Shown piece after piece: positions 55,001 to 64,000 of a stretch of 64,000 nt of DNA. Position 1 is the stretch's first letter; each line of letters starts with the position of its first letter. The notes beneath the pieces are model-generated. The model worked only from the letters and a program-made list of their open reading frames with translations. It had not been told where the DNA came from and did no database searches. Origin of the DNA: Auanema rhodensis (taxonomy: Eukaryota; Animalia; Nematoda); the NCBI GenBank assembly GCA_964057225.1, contig OZ059900.1:16988001-17052000 (forward strand), written 5' to 3'. Made by a program: the position numbers and the translations under genes.

Positions 55001-58000
55001 ATTTCATGTGTTCAAACTCATGCAATGTCAATGAAACCTAGCTCAAAATTGTTCGTACAACGTCTAGTTCCACTTTCACGACAAAAAAACAGGGGTTAGA
55101 AAATTAAGGAAATTAGCATATTCTGAGGGCACGCCCCTTATGGCTAATATTGATTAAATCGATTTTTGTTCATATGAGTCGTCAAATGCAACGAATTTCA
55201 GCGTGTTACATACTAAAATTAAGCATTTTACATGCTGAACACTAGAAAAATACAAAAACACAGTAATACCCATGAGAAATATTTTATTATGCTGGAAAAC
55301 CAGTTTTTGGAAATTTCGCTGTAAACAAGGTTTTGACTTACGATTTCATGTGTTCAAACTCATGCAATGTCAATGAAACCTAGCTCAAAATTGTTCGTAC
55401 AACGTCTAGTTCCACTTTCACGACAAAAAAACAGGGGTTAGAAAATTAAGGAAATTAGCATATTCTGAGGGCACGCCCCTTATGGCTAATATTGATTAAA
55501 TCGATTTTTGTTCATATGAGTCGTCAAATGCAACGAATTTCAGCGTGTTACATACTAAAATGAAGCATTTTACATGCTGAACACTAGAAAAATACAAAAA
55601 CACAGTATTTCCCATGAGAAATATTTTATTATGCTGGAAAACCAGTTTTTGGAAATTTCGCTGTAAACAAGGTTTTGACTTACGATTTCATGTGTTCAAA
55701 CTCATGCAATGTCAATGAAACCTAGCTCAAAATTGTTCGTACAACGTCTAGTTCCACTTTCACGACAAAAAAACAGGGGTTAGAAAATTAAGGAAATTAG
55801 CATATTCTGAGAGCACGCCCTTTATGGCTAATATTGATTAAATCGATTTTTGTTCATATGAGTCGTCAAATGCAACGAATTTCAGCGTGTTACATACTAA
55901 AATGAAGCATTTTACATGCTGAACGCTAGAAAAATACAAAAACACAGTATTACCCATGAGAAATATTTTATTATGCTGGAAAACCAGTTTTTGGAAATTT
56001 CGCTGTAAACAAGGTTTTGACTTACGATTTCATGTGTTCAAACTCATGCAATGTCAATGAAACCTAGCTCAAAATTGTTCCTACAACGTCTAGTTCCACT
56101 TTCACGACAAAAAAAAAGGGGTTAGAAAATTAAGGAAATTAGCATATTCTGAGGGCACGCCCCTTATGGCTAATATTGATTAAATCGATTTTTGTTCATA
56201 TGAGTCGTCAAATGCAACGAATTTCAGCGTGTTACATACTAAAATGAAGCATTTTGTATGCTGAACACTAGAAAAATACAAAAACATAGTGTTTCCCATG
56301 AGAAATATTTTATTATGCTGGAAAACCAGTTTTTGGAAATTTCGCTGTAAACAAGGTTTTGACTTACGATTTCATGTGTTCAAACTCATGCAATGTCAAT
56401 GAAACCTAGCTCAAAATTGTTCCTACAACGTCTAGTTCCACTTTCACGACAAAAAAACAGGGGTTAGAAAATTAAGGAAATTAGCATATTCTGAGGGCAC
56501 GCCCTTTATGGCTAATATTGATTAAATCGATTTTTGTTCATATGAGTCGTCAAATGCAACGAATTTCAGCGTGTTACATACTAAAATGAAGCATTTCACA
56601 TGCTGAACACTAGAAAAATACAAAACACAGTATTTCCCATGAGAAATATTTTATTATGCTGGAAAACCAGTTTTTGGAAATTTCGCTGTAAACAAGGTTT
56701 TGACTTACGATTTCATGTGTTCAAACTCATGCAATGTCAATGAAACCTAGCTCAAAATTGTTCGTACAACGTCTAGTTCCACTTTCACGACAAAAAAACA
56801 GGGGTTAGAAAATTAAGGAAATTAGCATATTCTGAGGGCACGCCCCTTATGGCTAATATTGATTAAATCGATTTTTGTTCATATGAGTCGTCAAATGCAA
56901 CGAATTTCAGCGTGTTACATACTAAAATTAAGCATTTTACATGCTGAACACTAGAAAAATACAAAAACACAGTAATACCCATGAGAAATATTTTATTATG
57001 CTGGAAAACCAGTTTTTGGAAATTTCGCTGTAAACAAGGTTTTGACTTACGATTTCATGTGTTCAAACTCATGCAATGTCAATGAAACCTAGCTCAAAAT
57101 TGTTCGTACAACGTCTAGTTCCACTTTCACGACAAAAAAACAGGGGTTAGAAAATTAAGGAAATTAGCATATTCTGAGGGCACGCCCCTTATGGCTAATA
57201 TTGATTAAATCGATTTTTGTTCATATGAGTCGTCAAATGCAACGAATTTCAGCGTGTTACATACTAAAATGAAGCATTTTACATGCTGAACACTAGAAAA
57301 ATACAAAAACACAGTATTTCCCATGAGAAATATTTTATTATGCTGGAAAACCAGTTTTTGGAAATTTCGCTGTAAACAAGGTTTTGACTTACGATTTCAT
57401 GTGTTCAAACTCATGCAATGTCAATGAAACCTAGCTCAAAATTGTTCGTACAACGTCTAGTTCCACTTTCACGACAAAAAAACAGGGGTTAGAAAATTAA
57501 GGAAATTAGCATATTCTGAGAGCACGCCCTTTATGGCTAATATTGATTAAATCGATTTTTGTTCATATGAGTCGTCAAATGCAACGAATTTCAGCGTGTT
57601 ACATACTAAAATGAAGCATTTCACATGCTGAACGCTAGAAAAATACAAAAACACAGTATTACCCATGAGAAATATTTTATTATGCTGGAAAACCAGTTTT
57701 TGGAAATTTCGCTGTAAACAAGGTTTTGACTTACGATTTCATGTGTTCAAACTCATGCAATGTCAATGAAACCTAGCTCAAAATTGTTCGTACAACGTCT
57801 AGTTCCACTTTCACGACAAAAAAACAGGGGTTAGAAAATTAAGGAAATTAGCATATTCTGAGGGCACGCCCCTTATGGCTAATATTGATTAAATCGATTT
57901 TTGTTCATATGAGTCGTCAAATGCAACGAATTTCAGCGTGTTACATACTAAAATGAAGCATTTTACATGCTGAACACTAGAAAAATACAAAAACACAGTA

Positions 58001-61000
58001 TTTCCCATGAGAAATATTTTATTATGCTGGAAAACCAGTTTTTGGAAATTTCGCTGTAAACAAGGTTTTGACTTACGATTTCATGTGTTCAAACTCATGC
58101 AATGTCAATGAAACCTAGCTCAAAATTGTTCGTACAACGTCTAGTTCCACTTTCACGACAAAAAAACAGGGGTTAGAAAATTAAGGAAATTAGCATATTC
58201 TGAGAGCACGCCCTTTATGGCTAATATTGATTAAATCGATTTTTGTTCATATGAGTCGTCAAATGCAACGAATTTCAGCGTGTTACATACTAAAATGAAG
58301 CATTTTACATGCTGAACGCTAGAAAAATACAAAAACACAGTATTACCCATGAGAAATATTTTATTATGCTGGAAAACCAGTTTTTGGAAATTTCGCTGTA
58401 AACAAGGTTTTGACTTACGATTTCATGTGTTCAAACTCATGCAATGTCAATGAAACCTAGCTCAAAATTGTTCGTACAACGTCTAGTTCCACTTTCACGA
58501 CAAAAAAACAGGGGTTAGAAAATTAAGGAAATTAGCATATTCTGAGGGCACGCCCCTTATGGCTAATATTGATTAAATCGATTTTTGTTCATATGAGTCG
58601 TCAAATGCAACGAATTTCAGCGTGTTACATACTAAAATGAAGCATTTTACATGCTGAACACTAGAAAAATACAAAAACACAGTATTTCCCATGAGAAATA
58701 TTTTATTATGCTGGAAAACCAGTTTTTGGAAATTTCGCTGTAAACAAGGTTTTGACTTACGATTTCATGTGTTCAAACTCATGCAATGTCAATGAAACCT
58801 AGCTCAAAATTGTTCGTACAACGTCTAGTTCCACTTTCACGACAAAAAAACAGGGGTTAGAAAATTAAGGAAATTAGCATATTCTGAGGGCACGCCCTTT
58901 ATGGCTAATATTGATTAAATCGATTTTTGTTCATATGAGTCGTCAAATGCAACGAATTTCAGCGTGTTACATACTAAAATGAAGCATTTCACATGCTGAA
59001 CACTAGAAAAATACAAAAACACAGTATTTCCCATGAGAAATATTTTATTATGCTGGAAAACCAGTTTTTGGAAATTTCGCTGTAAACAAGGTTTTGACTT
59101 ACGATTTCATGTGTTCAAACTCATGCAATGTCAATGAAACCTAGCTCAAAATTGTTCGTACAACGTCTAGTTCCACTTTCACGACAAAAAAACAGGGGTT
59201 AGAAAATTAAGGAAATTAGCATATTCTGAGGGCACGCCCCTTATGGCTAATATTGATTAAATCGATTTTTGTTCATATGAGTCGTCAAATGCAACGAATT
59301 TCAGCGTGTTACATACTAAAATGAAGCATTTTACATGCTGAACACTAGAAAAATACAAAAACACAGTAATACCCATGAGAAATATTTTATTATGCTGGAA
59401 AACCAGTTTTTGGAAATTTCGCTGTAAACAAGGTTTTGACTTACGATTTCATGTGTTCAAACTCATGCAATGTCAATGAAACCTAGCTCAAAATTGTTCG
59501 TACAACGTCTAGTTCCACTTTCACGACAAAAAAACAGGGGTTAGAAAATTAAGGAAATTAGCATATTCTGAGGGCACGCCCCTTATGGCTAATATTGATT
59601 AAATCGATTTTTGTTCATATGAGTCGTCAAATGCAACGAATTTCAGCGTGTTACATACTAAAATGAAGCATTTTACATGCTGAACACTAGAAAAATACAA
59701 AAACACAGTAATACCCATGAGAAATATTTTATTATGCTGGAAAACCAGTTTTTGGAAATTTCGCTGTAAACAAGGTTTTGACTTACGATTTCATGTGTTC
59801 AAACTCATGCAATGTCAATGAAACCTAGCTCAAAATTGTTAATACAATGTCTAGTTCCACTTTCACGACAAAAAAACAGGGGTTAGAAAATTAAGGAAAT
59901 TAGCATATTCTGAGGGCACGCCCCTTATGGCTAATATTGATTAAATCGATTTTTGTTCATATGAGTCGTCAAATGCAACGAATTTCAGCGTGTTACATAC
60001 TAAAATAAAGCATTTTACATGCTGAACACTAGAAAAATACAAAAACACAGTATTTCCCATGAGAAATATTTTATTATGCTGGAAAACCAGTTTTTGGAAA
60101 TTTCGCTGTAAACAAGGTTTTGACTTACGATTTCATGTGTTCAAACTCATGCAATGTCAATGAAACCCAGCTCAAAATTGTTCGTACAACGTCTAGTTCC
60201 ACTTTCACGACAAAAAAACAGGGGTTAGAAAATTAAGGAAATTAGCATATTCTGAGGGCACGCCCCTTATGGCTAATATTGATTAAATCGATTTTTGTTC
60301 ATATGAGTCGTCAAATGCAACGAATTTCAGCGTGTTACATACTAAAATGAAGCATTTTACATGCTGAACACTAGAAAAATACAAAAACACAGTATTTCCC
60401 ATGAGAAATATTTTATTATGCTGGAAAACCAGTTTTTGGAAATTTCGCTGTAAACAAGATTTTGACTTACGATTTCATGTGTTCAAACTCATGCAATGTC
60501 AATGAAACCTAGCTCAAAATTGTTCGTACAACGTCTAGTTCCACTTTCACGACAAAAAAACAGGGGTTAGAAAAGTAAGGAAATTAGCATATTCTGAGGG
60601 CACGCCCCTTATGGCTAATATTGATTAAATCGATTTTTGTTCATATGAGTCGTCAAATGCAACGAATTTCAGCGTGTTACATACTAAAATGAAGCATTTT
60701 ACATGCTGAACACTAGAAAAATAAAAAAACACAGTATTTCCCATGAGAAATATTTTATTATGCTGGAAAACCAGTTTTTGGAAATTTCGCTGTAAACAAG
60801 ATTTTGACTTACGATTTCATGTGTTCAAACTCATGCAATGTCAATGAAACCTAGCTCAAAATTGTTCGTACAACGTCTAGTTCCACTTTCACGACAAAAA
60901 AACAGGGGTTAGAAAATTAAGGAAATTAGCATATTCTGAGGGCACGCCCCTTATGGCTAATATTGATTAAATCGATTTTTGTTCATATGAGTCGTCAAAT

Positions 61001-64000
61001 GCAACGAATTTCAGCGTGTTACATACTAAAATGAAGCATTTTACATGCTGAACACTAGAAAAATACAAAAACACAGTATTTCCCATGAGAAATATTTTAT
61101 TATGCTGGAAAACCAGTTTTTGAAAATTTCGCTGTAAACAAGGTTTTGACTTACGATTTCATGTGTTCAAACTCATGCAATGTCAATGAAACCTAGCTCA
61201 AAATTGTTCCTACAACGTCTAGTTCCACTTTCACGACAAAAAAACAGGGGTTAGAAAATTAAGGAAATTAGCATATTCTGAGGGCACGCCCTTTATGGCT
61301 AATATTGATTAAATCGATTTTTGTTCATATGAGTCGTCAAATGCAACGAATTTCAGCGTGTTACATACTAAAATGAAGCATTTTACATGCTGAACACTAG
61401 AAAAATACAAAAACACAGTATTTCCCATGAGAAATATTTTATTATGCTGGAAAACCAGTTTTTGGAAATTTCGCTGTAAACAAGGTTTTGACTTACGATT
61501 TCATGTGTTCAAACTCATGCAATGTCAATGAAACCTAGCTCAAAATTGTTCGTACAACGTCTAGTTCCACTTTCACGACAAAAAAACAGGGGTTAGAAAA
61601 TTAAGGAAATTAGCATATTCTGAGGGCACGCCCCTTATGGCTAATATTGATTAAATCGATTTTTGTTCATATGAGTCGTCAAATGCAACGAATTTCAGCG
61701 TGTTACGTACTAAAATGAAGCATTTCACATGCTGAACACTAGAAAAATACAAAAACACAGTATTTCCCATGAGAAATATTTTATTATGCTGGAAAACCAG
61801 TTTTTGGAAATTTCGCTGTAAACAAGGTTTTGACTTACGATTTCATGTGTTCAAACTCATGCAATGTCAATGAAACCTAGCTCAAAATTGTTCCTACAAC
61901 GTCTAGTTCCACTTTCACGACAAAAAAACAGGGGTTAGAAAATTAAGGAAATTAGCATATTCTGAGGGCACGCCCTTTATGGCTAATATTGATTAAATCG
62001 ATTTTTGTTCATATGAGTCGTCAAATGCAACGAATTTCAGCGTGTTACATACTAAAATGAAGCATTTTACATGCTGAACACTAGAAAAATACAAAAACAC
62101 AGTATTTCCCATGAGAAATATTTTATTATGCTGGAAAACCAGTTTTTGGAAATTTCGCTGTAAACAAGGTTTTGACTTACGATTTCATGTGTTCAAACTC
62201 ATGCAATGTCAATGAAACCTAGCTCAAAATTGTTCGTACAACGTCTAGTTCCACTTTCACGACAAAAAAACAGGGGTTAGAAAATTAAGGAAATTAGCAT
62301 ATTCTGAGGGCACGCCCCTTATGGCTAATATTGATTAAATCGATTTTTGTTCATATGAGTCGTCAAATGCAACGAATTTCAGCGTGTTACATACTAAAAT
62401 GAAGCATTTTACATGCTGAACACTAGAAAAATAAAAAAACACAGTATTTCCCATGAGAAATATTTTATTATGCTGGAAAACCAGTTTTTGGAAATTTCGC
62501 TGTAAACAAGATTTTGACTTACGATTTCATGTGTTCAAACTCATGCAATGTCAATGAAACCTAGCTCAAAATTGTTCGTACAACGTCTAGTTCCACTTTC
62601 ACGACAAAAAAACAGGGGTTAGAAAATTAAGGAAATTAGCATATTCTGAGGGCACGCCCCTTATGGCTAATATTGATTAAATCGATTTTTGTTCATATGA
62701 GTCGTCAAATGCAACGAATTTCAGCGTGTTACATACTAAAATGAAGCATTTTACATGCTGAACACTAGAAAAATACAAAAACACAGTATTTCCCATGAGA
62801 AATATTTTATTATGCTGGAAAACCAGTTTTTGAAAATTTCGCTGTAAACAAGGTTTTGACTTACGATTTCATGTGTTCAAACTCATGCAATGTCAATGAA
62901 ACCTAGCTCAAAATTGTTCCTACAACGTCTAGTTCCACTTTCACGACAAAAAAACAGGGGTTAGAAAATTAAGGAAATTAGCATATTCTGAGGGCACGCC
63001 CTTTATGGCTAATATTGATTAAATCGATTTTTGTTCATATGAGTCGTCAAATGCAACGAATTTCAGCGTGTTACATACTAAAATGAAGCATTTTACATGC
63101 TGAACACTAGAAAAATACAAAAACACAGTATTTCCCATGAGAAATATTTTATTATGCTGGAAAACCAGTTTTTGGAAATTTCGCTGTAAACAAGGTTTTG
63201 ACTTACGATTTCATGTGTTCAAACTCATGCAATGTCAATGAAACCTAGCTCAAAATTGTTCGTACAACGTCTAGTTCCACTTTCACGACAAAAAAACAGG
63301 GGTTAGAAAATTAAGGAAATTAGCATATTCTGAGGGCACGCCCCTTATGGCTAATATTGATTAAATCGATTTTTGTTCATATGAGTCGTCAAATGCAACG
63401 AATTTCAGCGTGTTACGTACTAAAATGAAGCATTTCACATGCTGAACACTAGAAAAATACAAAAACACAGTATTTCCCATGAGAAATATTTTATTATGCT
63501 GGAAAACCAGTTTTTGGAAATTTCGCTGTAAACAAGGTTTTGACTTACGATTTCATGTGTTCAAACTCATGCAATGTCAATGAAACCTAGCTCAAAATTG
63601 TTCCTACAACGTCTAGTTCCACTTTCACGACAAAAAAACAGGGGTTAGAAAATTAAGGAAATTAGCATATTCTGAGGGCACGCCCTTTATGGCTAATATT
63701 GATTAAATCGATTTTTGTTCATATGAGTCGTCAAATGCAACGAATTTCAGCGTGTTACATACTAAAATGAAGCATTTCACATGCTGAACACTAGAAAAAT
63801 ACAAAAACACAGTATTTCCCATGAGAAATATTTTATTATGCTGGAAAACCAGTTTTTGGAAATTTCGCTGTAAACAAGGTTTTGACTTACGATTTCATGT
63901 GTTCAAACTCATGCAATGTCAATGAAACCTAGCTCAAAATTGTTCGTACAACGTCTAGTTCCACTTTCACGACAAAAAAACAGGGGTTAGAAAATTAAGG
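40017..64000. repeat. 21-monomer higher-order repeat unit: copy 1 40017-47197 (7181 bp), expanded copy 2 47198-58824 (34 monomers, 11627 bp), partial copy 3 from 58825
   Basis: The same ordered variant string restarts at monomers 118, 139 and 173. A shared 1-bp deletion (A5 to A4 at 44995 and 56622) and a shared AC>GT variant (44629 and 56256) are 11627 bp apart. Confidence 0.85.

Larger units (their letters stand above)
1..64000. repeat. 342-bp tandem satellite DNA array (187 full monomers plus a partial), probably (peri)centromeric or heterochromatic, eukaryotic
   Basis: CTAGTTCCACTTTCACGAC recurs at 1, 343, 685, 1027 and onward, and the line register repeats every 3420 bp (10 x 342). Only four indels were seen (+C near 31539 and 31882, -A near 44998 and 56625). 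The array runs off both window edges. The centromeric assignment is inference from size and homogeneity. Confidence 0.99.

Noticed and set aside
31465-56772. Indels summing to zero (+1, +1, -1, -1) as phase restoration
   Set aside because: The events are 13-25 kb apart and the two deletions are copies of one event, so this is coincidence.
1-64000. CRISPR array
   Set aside because: There are no unique spacers, the whole 342-bp unit repeats, and there are no cas genes.
1-64000. Variant string as a programmed code or diversity-generating cassette system
   Set aside because: The patterns are explained by nested duplication and recombination. There is no recombinase, reverse transcriptase or expression locus in the window.

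Overview
The whole 64 kb window is one uninterrupted head-to-tail tandem array of a 342-bp satellite monomer (about 34% GC by manual count). It holds 187 full copies plus a 46-bp partial, all in one orientation and differing from consensus by only about 0-6 substitutions. I see no genes, RNA genes, CRISPR spacers, transposon insertions or inversions. The single listed ORF is an artefact of one point variant (A37715T) that removes a stop codon present in the other monomers. This looks like eukaryotic (peri)centromeric-type satellite DNA, but I cannot name the family or species from sequence alone. The information lies in the variant pattern, read monomer by monomer. It shows a 22-monomer (7524-bp) duplication on the left, a distinct variant domain at 20.5-30.8 kb, a singleton-rich transition zone, and a 21-monomer higher-order unit on the right that is expanding by nested internal duplications. 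The monomer has two imperfect hairpins, traces of an ancient ~171-bp dimer, a degenerate CENP-B-box-like 17-mer and no CpG depletion. I found no evidence of a novel protein-coding system. Monomer positions (p1-p342) use the phase of window base 1, and all tallies are manual and should be verified by alignment.
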